From an uncultured Pirellulales bacterium (GTDB lineage Bacteria > Planctomycetota > Phycisphaerae > Sedimentisphaerales > Anaerohalosphaeraceae), in NCBI GenBank assembly GCA_964437685.1, contig CAYTHV010000002.1, positions 2,008 to 66,007 on the forward strand: a stretch of 64,000 nt of DNA, read 5' to 3'. The position numbers and the translations under genes were made by a program. The notes under the pieces were generated by a model that was not told the origin of the DNA, did not search any database, and was given only the letters and a program-made list of their open reading frames with translations. How positions within the stretch are numbered: the first letter of the stretch is position 1; each line of letters starts with the position of its first letter. This document shows, in pieces, positions 56,654 through 64,000 of the stretch.

Positions 56654-57627
56654 ACAAAAAACACTATGCAGTTGTCGTCACATCGAAACAGAATGCTGAA
56701 TTGCTTGCGGTTTCCGATGATAAGCCGCTGGCGGAAGATGAAGTCCGCGGCCGAACGCTTTGCACTTTGATTAGTGCTGGTACGGAACTTTCATGGAATT
56801 ATTGTGGAAATACCTTTCCGAGCTGCCCGGGGTATTCGGCGGTATTTGTTGTTGAGGAAGTCGGCAGCGCGGTTAAAGATGTAAAGATTGGCGACCGCCT
56901 ATTCTGCCTCGGCAGCCATCGTTCATTTCAGCATGTGCCAATTGCAAAATGCGTACCGGTCCCGCCGACGCTTGCCAGCGAAAAAGCTCTGTTTGCCCGC
57001 ATGATGGGTATTTCCATGACCACCCTTGCGACAACCACTGCGAAACCGACGGAGGCCGTGATGGTAACAGGTCTTGGCCCTGTGGGTCTTATGGCCGCAT
57101 TGGTATTTCAAGTCTGCGGCTATAATGTGATTGGCTGTGAACCGGAAAAGCGAAGACGCCAGTGGGCCAATAATGTTGGCATACAGACCTTGTATGAATC
57201 CATACCCACCGAGGATTTGGCTATTGTCGGAAAAGTCGGATTAGTGGTCGAGTGTTCTGGCCACGAAGGTGTGGTTCTCGATGCGTGCAAGATGATTCGC
57301 AAACGAGGGGAAATCGTATTGGTAGGCGTGCCGTGGCGCCGCCGGACGGATTATTATGCCCATGAATTGCTGTCTCTGGTATTTCATAAATATGCGGTTT
57401 TACGCAGCGGCTGGGAATGGGAATTGCCGTTGCATACCTCGGATTTCCAGCCTCACAGCATATTTGGGAACTTTGTTGCGGCAATTAAATGGCTCGCCCA
57501 GGGTGCCGTAAAGGTGGATGGATTGTATGGCAAAGCTAACCCCGCAGATGCGCAAAATGTATATCAGTCATTGCTTAACAATACCGCACAGTCTCTGTGT
57601 GTTATTTTCGACTGGGAAAATGTGTGA
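56650..57627 (+). CDS. MDR-family dehydrogenase
   Basis: ISAGTE, PGYS, GLGPVG NAD site, VECSG. Confidence 0.85.
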   Translation: MNKKHYAVVVTSKQNAELLAVSDDKPLAEDEVRGRTLCTLISAGTELSWNYCGNTFPSCPGYSAVFVVEEVGSAVKDVKIGDRLFCLGSHRSFQHVPIAKCVPVPPTLASEKALFARMMGISMTTLATTTAKPTEAVMVTGLGPVGLMAALVFQVCGYNVIGCEPEKRRRQWANNVGIQTLYESIPTEDLAIVGKVGLVVECSGHEGVVLDACKMIRKRGEIVLVGVPWRRRTDYYAHELLSLVFHKYAVLRSGWEWELPLHTSDFQPHSIFGNFVAAIKWLAQGAVKVDGLYGKANPADAQNVYQSLLNNTAQSLCVIFDWENV

Positions 57628-57644
57628 TATTCTGCGAAAGCGCG

Positions 57645-57827
57645 TTACTCGACAATAATCGCCTCAACAGGGCATTCGTCGGCGGCCTGCTGAACCGCAT
57701 CTTCCTGTTCCGCAGGTACGACGTCGACAAGAACTTCCGCCATATTATCCCCCATGGTAAATACTTCCGGACAGGTGTCCACGCACAGCCCGCAGGCGGT
57801 ACAGCTATCTTCAATTCGTACTTTCAT
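57645..57827 (-). CDS. Single-cluster ferredoxin
   Basis: CTACGLC..TCPEVF...CPVEAI. Confidence 0.92.
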   Translation of the reverse strand: MKVRIEDSCTACGLCVDTCPEVFTMGDNMAEVLVDVVPAEQEDAVQQAADECPVEAIIVE

Positions 57828-57982
57828 GATCATTCCCCTTTGTTCTGTGGTTAATTTACTCTGTTATTGTAGCAAAACTGGAAATTGCTTTCAATGCAAA
57901 GTTCTAAGGTTTTTCTGTAAAAATAGGGTCGGAGAAAAATTTCTTTGCTGAAATCGGTGAATATCTGTTATTTTTATCTGCA

Positions 57983-59107
57983 ATGAAGACTGAATACTAC
58001 AAATGGGATCAGAAAAATCAGGATAAAATTATCCGATTGGCGTCAAAAATCCTCGATAATGGGGGATTGGTGGGGCTGCCTACTGAAACCGTCTATGGTT
58101 TGGCTTGCCGCGCAGAGCCGGAAGCTATTCAGTGGCTGGATCAGGTCAAAGCCCGTGCAGAAGGCAAACGCTATTCACTCCATCTGGGACGTGCAGAAGA
58201 AGTACAGCGGTATATCCCAAAAATGTCGATTCGAGTAAAATCACTTGTTCGTAAGGGACTTCCGGGACCGATTACATTGGTTTGCTCGCTGGATGATGAG
58301 CAGCTTGAACAGCAGCGGCATAGACTTGGCGACAAAGTCTTTAATATTTTATATGAAAATGGCTCCATTGGAATTCGAGTTCCAGACTGCCAGCCGGCGA
58401 TTCAAATCTTATCTGAAACGGTCTGGCCGATTGTGGCTCCCAGTGCCAATCCATCCGGCCAGGAACCGGCGACTACGGCACAGCAAGTTCTGGAGTATTT
58501 TGATGGACAAATTGAGGCAATTGTCGATGGTGGTGCCGATGCCTGCCGATATCGTCAAAACAGCACCGTTGTGAAAATTGCTTCCGATAGAGTGGAGGTA
58601 TTACGTGAGGGTGTATTAAAAAAGCAAGAGATTGAAACACTCTCGACCGCTCGAATATTGTTTGTTTGCACAGGAAATACCTGCCGCAGTCCGATGGCCG
58701 AAGCAATGGCCGCAAAATATTTCGCAAATAAATTATCGTGTAAGGTTGACGAGCTTCCTGTATTTGGATATATAATAGAATCGTTTGGTATTTCGGCTTA
58801 CGATGGATGTCCAGCCAGTAATGAAGCGGTTCACGTACTTCAACACAAAGGATTGTCGCTGGAGCGGCACCGCAGCAGGTTTTTAAGCCGCCGAGATGTC
58901 CGGGATGCCGATATGATATTTGTGATGGGACGACATCATCGGGATGCAATACTGGCAATGGACAGTACGGCGTCAATGCGGACGTTTTTGCTGGATGGTG
59001 AAAATAATGACATTCCAGACCCTATGGGTCTTGGAGAACGAGAATACAAGGTTTGTGCGGATCGTATCGAACAAGCCGTTGAAAGACAGATGAAGGATAT
59101 ACTATGA
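57983..59107 (+). CDS. tsaC: TsaC/YrdC threonylcarbamoyl-AMP synthase fused to an LMW phosphatase (YwlE-like)
   Basis: LPTETVYGL, PGPIT, SANPSG; C-terminal VCTGNTCRSPMAEA and IPDPMG. Confidence 0.9.
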   Translation: MKTEYYKWDQKNQDKIIRLASKILDNGGLVGLPTETVYGLACRAEPEAIQWLDQVKARAEGKRYSLHLGRAEEVQRYIPKMSIRVKSLVRKGLPGPITLVCSLDDEQLEQQRHRLGDKVFNILYENGSIGIRVPDCQPAIQILSETVWPIVAPSANPSGQEPATTAQQVLEYFDGQIEAIVDGGADACRYRQNSTVVKIASDRVEVLREGVLKKQEIETLSTARILFVCTGNTCRSPMAEAMAAKYFANKLSCKVDELPVFGYIIESFGISAYDGCPASNEAVHVLQHKGLSLERHRSRFLSRRDVRDADMIFVMGRHHRDAILAMDSTASMRTFLLDGENNDIPDPMGLGEREYKVCADRIEQAVERQMKDIL

Positions 59108-59574
59108 AAATCGCACTGGCAACAGACCATCGGGGTGTGAAAACGGTTGAACAAATTAAAGCAATTCTGGCTCAATTGGGTCATGAATTTATCGATTGCA
59201 GCCACGGATCGGATGAACAGCCGATGGACTATCCGGATGGGGCGTATGATGCTGCTACCGCGGTGTCACAGGGACGCGCCAATCGGGCGATATTAGTCTG
59301 TGGAACGGGAATTGGCATGTGTATCGCAGCCAACAAAGTCAAGGGAGTTCGTGCAGCGTTATGTTATGATGAAATTGCTGCAAAGGTTTGTCGCGAGCAT
59401 AATGATGCGAATGTATTGTGTCTTTCCGGAGATCTATTGGGACCGGCGATGCTGCAAAAAATGGTGGAAACCTTTTTAGCAACTGATTTTATGGGTGGAC
59501 GACATCTCCGCCGAGTCAAGAAAATCCAGGCTATTGAGAATGGAATTGATCCCAAAAGTGTCACAACTCAGTAG
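59104..59574 (+). CDS. rpiB: Ribose-5-phosphate isomerase B
   Basis: ATDHRG, DYPD, CGTGIGMCIAANKVKGVRAA, HNDANVL, GGRHLRR. Confidence 0.95.
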   Translation: MKIALATDHRGVKTVEQIKAILAQLGHEFIDCSHGSDEQPMDYPDGAYDAATAVSQGRANRAILVCGTGIGMCIAANKVKGVRAALCYDEIAAKVCREHNDANVLCLSGDLLGPAMLQKMVETFLATDFMGGRHLRRVKKIQAIENGIDPKSVTTQ

Positions 59575-59592
59575 TTTTTATGTATAAGTGAT

Positions 59593-59619
59593 AAAAGCGG
59601 CTTTAGGGCCGCTTTTTTT
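59593..59619 (+). terminator. Rho-independent terminator
   Basis: AAAAGCGGC-loop-GCCGCTTTTTTT. Confidence 0.85.
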
Positions 59620-59764
59620 ATGCGCAAAAAAAGATATGCGGACTTTCCTTTTTTTGAATGTTTGCTATATTTCTGTGCATAGTAATGTGTTATAATTCCC
59701 ATTCCGTGGGATTTCTGTTTTTTTACAGTTGAGTGTATTTTAAAGGTTTTAAGGAATAGCGGCA

Positions 59765-60730
59765 ATGGCAGAACGGATTCCAAAACTTGTTATAATAGGC
59801 CCGGTTTATGTAGATATGGCTTTACGGTGTCAGGCATTTCTGTCTGCGGGCATGAAAACGGAGGGAACTTCTTTTTCTCACACGCCGTCCGGTTCAGGTG
59901 TAAACCGGGCGATTCAGGCGTCTCTCTGTGGATGTGACGTGTCGGTTATTGCCAAAGTCGGCGATGATTGCTTTGGTCAGTTAATTCGAAAAAATCTCGG
60001 TCAATATAATATTCATACGGAATTGATTTATCCTGTCGCGGCAATGAGTACAGGTGTTGCTATTACACTGGTTGATCCGCGAGGAGAAAACAGCGTTTAT
60101 GTCTGTTCCGGCGCAAATCGAACACTTGGGCGTGATGAGGTTGAGTATGCGGCCGCCGAACAGCTTATTTCCACCAGTGATGCGGTTGTTATCTGCGATC
60201 CTTTGCCTCCGGATGCGGTTGTGGCGGCGGTACGAACGGCTCAAATCCATAAAAAACGAGTCGTTTTAGATGTTTGCCTGCCTCATCACAATTTAGAAAG
60301 TCTTAACGACGTAAATTGGCCGATGGAGTATTATAATGTGTCGGTATTGCTGCTCCGATTTGGAGATTTTATTTGTGCCAGTGAGCTGGGAGCTGGAGGG
60401 ATAGCGGAATTAAAATCTGTAGGGACGTATCTGGTCGGAAAAGGTGTGTCGTGTGTAGTTATGACGCTCGGCTGGCGGGGGGCGTTAATCATAGATCGTC
60501 AGGGCTGTCGGCACATTCCTGGCATTGAACTGGATGTGGTCGATAATGGCGGTGCAGTAGATGCTTTTTGTGGAGCTCTTGCGGCATGTTATGCAACTGA
60601 CGACTCTATAGATATGGCTGTGCGGTTTGCGGTTGTCGCCGAAACATTGACACGGAGCCGATTTGGAGTTCAGGATGCACTGCCCAAAAAAGAAGAAATA
60701 CTTGTTTTGCTGCAGCAACAGCCGGATTAA
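59765..60730 (+). CDS. Ribokinase-like PfkB protein with degenerate motifs
   Basis: GSGVNRA, KVGDD.FG, STGVAITLVD..GEN, DNGGAVDAF. Confidence 0.8.
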   Translation: MAERIPKLVIIGPVYVDMALRCQAFLSAGMKTEGTSFSHTPSGSGVNRAIQASLCGCDVSVIAKVGDDCFGQLIRKNLGQYNIHTELIYPVAAMSTGVAITLVDPRGENSVYVCSGANRTLGRDEVEYAAAEQLISTSDAVVICDPLPPDAVVAAVRTAQIHKKRVVLDVCLPHHNLESLNDVNWPMEYYNVSVLLLRFGDFICASELGAGGIAELKSVGTYLVGKGVSCVVMTLGWRGALIIDRQGCRHIPGIELDVVDNGGAVDAFCGALAACYATDDSIDMAVRFAVVAETLTRSRFGVQDALPKKEEILVLLQQQPD

Positions 60731-60875
60731 CGGAAATAGCGATAACCCTATTCTATCCCTCTCGAATGGCACAAAAACATAGAATTGACAGGAAGATTTA
60801 ATAGGTGGGTGGAGAATTTTTTAGTGAAATTAACCCCTTCAACAACGAATAGTTCATGTCTAATCGGATTTTATT

Positions 60876-61079
60876 TTACTTTTTCAGCGTTAGGTTTTGG
60901 GCACGCGGGCCCTTTTCGCCGCTGACAATCTCATACAAGACTTTAGAGCCTTCATCGAGAGAGCGGATAGCTGTATCTGCAAAGCTTGTGTAGTGAACAA
61001 AGATATCTTCACCACTATCGCTAAGGATAAAGCCATATCCTTTTTTTTTGTCATACCACTTGACCGTACCTTCAGCCAT
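60876..61079 (-). CDS. Cold-shock protein
   Basis: GTVKWYDKKKGYGFI, DIFVHYT. Confidence 0.93.
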   Translation of the reverse strand: MAEGTVKWYDKKKGYGFILSDSGEDIFVHYTSFADTAIRSLDEGSKVLYEIVSGEKGPRAQNLTLKK

Positions 61080-61156
61080 AGTTTTCTCCATATAATATGA
61101 GATTACTATTAAGACTTACAGGGTCCACTAATGTGGAGTATGTAAAAGAAGCTTTT

Positions 61157-61459
61157 TTATTCTGTCGCAGGTTGTTCTGGGCAGAGCTTGCTTTTCATCA
61201 GACGACCCATTTTAAACTTTACGCTGCGTTTTGGGGGGACTTCCACGCGTTCCAGCGTTTTGGGGTTTTGCGCCATGCGACTAGCGCGAGTCCGTGTTTC
61301 GAAGATGCCGAAATCACGGAACTCTAACCGATTGTCCTGTGCCAGCTCCGCGATAATTTCATCGAGAAAAGACTGGATGACGCGTTTGACCAGAACCCGC
61401 TTGGCCTGAGACCCCTCGGAAATCCGATCAATTAACTCTTTTTTGGTGATGGTTGCCAT
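61157..61459 (-). CDS. IHF/HU-family DNA-binding protein
   Basis: TKKELI, LEFRDFGIFE, QNPKT, VKFK. Confidence 0.93.
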   Translation of the reverse strand: MATITKKELIDRISEGSQAKRVLVKRVIQSFLDEIIAELAQDNRLEFRDFGIFETRTRASRMAQNPKTLERVEVPPKRSVKFKMGRLMKSKLCPEQPATE

Positions 61460-61736
61460 TCGGATACCCTCACGAAGTATAAACCTGAGTTTCGATATAG
61501 TATAATACTTAACGATAGCGTAAAACCGCGGCTGTCTGCCGCTTTTATGATAACGCAAATCACTATACAGAATAGACTTCGAATCGGCAAGAGTTTTTTT
61601 AAAAGATTTTTTCTTTCTTTAAGGTATCCGGCTTGAGGCAAAATGTTAATAATCTACAAAAAAAGGATAGAATTCCTTGACCTGTGCCCATTTGGAGAGG
61701 ATAATAATGTGTTTTATATATTTTATGGATGGCAAA

Positions 61737-63329
61737 ATGAAAACGAAGCAGGTTGAAAAATATATCGTCAGCGGCAATCCAACAGTGGATACAATCTATC
61801 ATAATTTAGAATGGATTGTCACCGCACTGGCCGGAACGCTGGTATTTATCGTATTTGTTATGCAGGTCTACCGCATTCCGACTGGGAGTATGGCCGAAAC
61901 GCTGCGCGGATCGCATTTTCGTCTGCGGTGTGAACAGTGCGGCCATCGGTATGATTATGAGTTTTATCCGCGTGCTTTTGGGCTTGCTGAGAATACCGTT
62001 CCGCGACAGAATTTAGTGGTAATTCCTGCTGAGCCGCGATGCCCCAGTTGCGGCCATTATGAAGATACAGGGCTAAAGAGCAGGGTTGACGGGCGTTTTT
62101 ATACATCGGAAGGCAAGCCCGCGCCGACTCGCGCTGTCAGTCGGGGTGACCAGATTTTTGTGCTGAAGTGCATTTACCAGTTTTTTGAGCCAAAGCGGTG
62201 GGATGTGATTGTTTTCAAAAATCCGGTTGAGCCTGCAATCAATTATATCAAGCGACTGATTGCGCTGCCGGGAGAAAAAGTCGAAATTGTCGATGGCGAT
62301 ATTTATATCAATGATGAGATCGCCCGCAAGCCGGAACATGTGCAAAATGAAATGTGGATGTGCGTTTATGATAACGACTACCAGCCTGCCCGACCCGGGC
62401 AAACACGATTCAACCGGCATGCCTGGAGGCAGCCGTTTGAGAATATGGATGGTGTGGCTTGGACGCTGAATGCCGACGGCCCGTCAGTTTTTTCATTAGA
62501 TAGCGGCTCGCAGGACAACCTACAGGAGTTGCGCTATAATCCGGCGATTGGCAATGATTTTCGTGCAGTGTATGCGTATGACCCCTCGATGGGGTATGAT
62601 GTACAGCCCGTTTGCAGTGATTTGATGTTGCAGTATTATGTGAAAATGGAAGATGCCGCGGGTATCGGCGCAAAGCTGAGCAAGTATGGAATCTCATACG
62701 AAGGAATGGTTCGTGCCGATGGCCGGATGACTATTTGCCGCATAGATAACGGCAGTCGCAAAGTTCTTGCTGAGAATACTATTTCAGAAACTGATAAAAC
62801 AGGTATTCAGCGATTGCGATTTGCCAACGTGGATCACCTTTTGACGCTGGAATATGGGCAGAGTAAAGTGGAATATGATTTGGGCAAGAAAAAATTTGAT
62901 GTTGGGATGGATCGACTGTCGCTTCCTGTTGCTTCAATTATGGGGTATGGAAAACTTCAGCTTCGCCATATCCAATTAATGCGAGATATTCATTATACTG
63001 ACAAGCCGACTTATTTAACCGATCCTAAATATGGTATGCAGCGGGCATACGAAGGCGCTCCCTTGACGCTCAATCCCGATGAGTTTTTTGTCTGCGGCGA
63101 TAATAGCCCCAATAGTTATGACGCCCGCATGTGGCGTGAGCCGACAAAAGCCAACCCCGGACAATCTTATCGGCAAGGCGTTGTCCCGCGGGATTACTTA
63201 GTTGGTAAGGCGTTTTTTGTGCATTTTCCCGGCAATTGGCGTTTTGAGAAAGAAAGCTGGCGAAAGATTCCCTATTTAGATGGTGCGCCGGAGCCGGACG
63301 GTATTAAGATTATCTATGGCGGACGGTAA
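61737..63329 (+). CDS. lepB: Signal peptidase I with zinc-ribbon insertion
   Basis: TM, IPTGSMAETL (Ser), CEQCG...CPSCG, RWDVIVFKNP, NYIKRL (Lys), GDNSPNSYDAR, VGKAFF. Confidence 0.92.
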   Translation: MKTKQVEKYIVSGNPTVDTIYHNLEWIVTALAGTLVFIVFVMQVYRIPTGSMAETLRGSHFRLRCEQCGHRYDYEFYPRAFGLAENTVPRQNLVVIPAEPRCPSCGHYEDTGLKSRVDGRFYTSEGKPAPTRAVSRGDQIFVLKCIYQFFEPKRWDVIVFKNPVEPAINYIKRLIALPGEKVEIVDGDIYINDEIARKPEHVQNEMWMCVYDNDYQPARPGQTRFNRHAWRQPFENMDGVAWTLNADGPSVFSLDSGSQDNLQELRYNPAIGNDFRAVYAYDPSMGYDVQPVCSDLMLQYYVKMEDAAGIGAKLSKYGISYEGMVRADGRMTICRIDNGSRKVLAENTISETDKTGIQRLRFANVDHLLTLEYGQSKVEYDLGKKKFDVGMDRLSLPVASIMGYGKLQLRHIQLMRDIHYTDKPTYLTDPKYGMQRAYEGAPLTLNPDEFFVCGDNSPNSYDARMWREPTKANPGQSYRQGVVPRDYLVGKAFFVHFPGNWRFEKESWRKIPYLDGAPEPDGIKIIYGGR

Positions 63330-63364
63330 ACGTTCAAGCAAAGGATTGAAGAGCAATTAAAGCA

Positions 63365-64000
63365 ATGGATGACAACACACAACAGCAGAATCGCGAGCCA
63401 AATCAGCCTGTGACGGACAACGAGTATTATTATGTGCCGCAGCGCAGTGAAACGCTTGAAGGGGTAGTCAATACGCTCGAATGGCTTCTGATTGCGTTTA
63501 TTCTCGCGCTGGTTTTCCGTGCCTTTGGCGTTGAAGCATTTCAGATTCCAACCGGAAGTATGGCCGAGACACTCAAAGGGGCGCATTATCATGCCCGTTG
63601 TCTTCGCTGCGGTTACCCTTACGATGTCAGTGGAGACGACACGCTTTATACCCGTCCGGAGTGTCCTTCCTGCGGATATAACCAGCCGATGAATGCGGTG
63701 GGAAAAATACAGAATGGCGACCGTATTTTCGTTCTGAAAAGTATCTATCAATTTCAGGAACCGAAGCGATGGGATGTTGTGGTTTTTAAGAATCCAACGA
63801 ATCCCCCGGTGAATTATATCAAACGACTTACTGGACTGCCCGGCGAAACGGTACAGATTATTGACGGTGATATTTTTATCAATGGCCGTATTCAGCGTAA
63901 ACCCGTCAATGTGCAAAATGAATTATGGATGCCAATCTACGATAATGATTATCCATCGTCCGGCAGGATTGGGCAGTTTGTCTCAGATGATGCCGAGAAT
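63365..64000 (+). CDS. lepB: Second signal peptidase I, 3'-truncated by the window edge (absent from the ORF track)
   Basis: Hand translation: MDDNTQQ...FQIPTGSMAETLKG..CLRCG..CPSCG..RWDVVVFKNP..NYIKRLTGLPG; open to the end of the window. Confidence 0.92.
   Translation, partial: MDDNTQQQNREPNQPVTDNEYYYVPQRSETLEGVVNTLEWLLIAFILALVFRAFGVEAFQIPTGSMAETLKGAHYHARCLRCGYPYDVSGDDTLYTRPECPSCGYNQPMNAVGKIQNGDRIFVLKSIYQFQEPKRWDVVVFKNPTNPPVNYIKRLTGLPGETVQIIDGDIFINGRIQRKPVNVQNELWMPIYDNDYPSSGRIGQFVSDDAEN

Noticed and set aside
9156-57627. tRNA-anchored genomic island with an attR duplication
   Set aside because: No second copy of the tRNA 3' end was found near 13.2-13.8 kb or 57.6 kb, and there is no integrase; only a 7-bp CCGTAGT match at about 13614
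57645-57827. Ferredoxin as electron donor for a corrinoid methyltransferase system with the URO-D proteins
   Set aside because: It is on the opposite strand in housekeeping context, and no corrinoid protein or activator is present in the window
1-64000. CRISPR array, rRNA, integrase or defence system
   Set aside because: No regularly spaced repeat-spacer units, rRNA-like sequence or recognisable cas/integrase/defence motifs were found by eye

Overview
Bacterial chromosomal segment. The gene content (PEP-CTERM protein, prepilin/H-X9-DG-type protein, dockerin-like EF-hand repeats, zinc-ribbon signal peptidases, TsaC-phosphatase fusion) points to a planctomycete, probably Phycisphaerae/Sedimentisphaerales; this is inferred from gene content only. 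Layout: (1) 1-8.2 kb: orphan secreted/envelope genes and LPS genes (LPS-kinase, glycosyltransferase, lpxI, lpxD). (2) 8.3-13.8 kb: a repeat-rich spacer, an atypical tRNA-Gly(CCC), an internally deleted IS630 element with intact terminal inverted repeats, and an OprB porin plus Tat sulfatase pair flanked by a repeated 11-mer. (3) 13.8-57.6 kb: a roughly 44 kb, AT-richer glycan-utilisation locus. It holds a DeoR-led heptose-type operon (GSU2086-like, gmhA, HldE-kinase/HAD fusion, AGE epimerase) and a LacI-led block with LamG/dockerin/PEP-CTERM surface proteins, a pseudopilin, three paralogous secreted DUF6259-like enzymes, four URO-D-fold proteins, a GH95-like protein, two GH38 proteins, a creatininase-family amidohydrolase, an SSS transporter and orphans. 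(4) 57.6-64 kb: housekeeping genes (ferredoxin, TsaC-LMWPTP fusion, rpiB, degenerate ribokinase, Csp, IHF/HU, tandem lepB). Best leads: a GH38 paralog whose catalytic nucleophile Asp is replaced by Phe, the heptose operon lacking a nucleotidyltransferase, the four URO-D-fold proteins without a corrinoid partner, and a 632-bp inverted duplication that puts one LamG domain on two different anchors. No CRISPR array, rRNA or integrase was seen. All family calls come from motif recognition by eye; no database searches were run.
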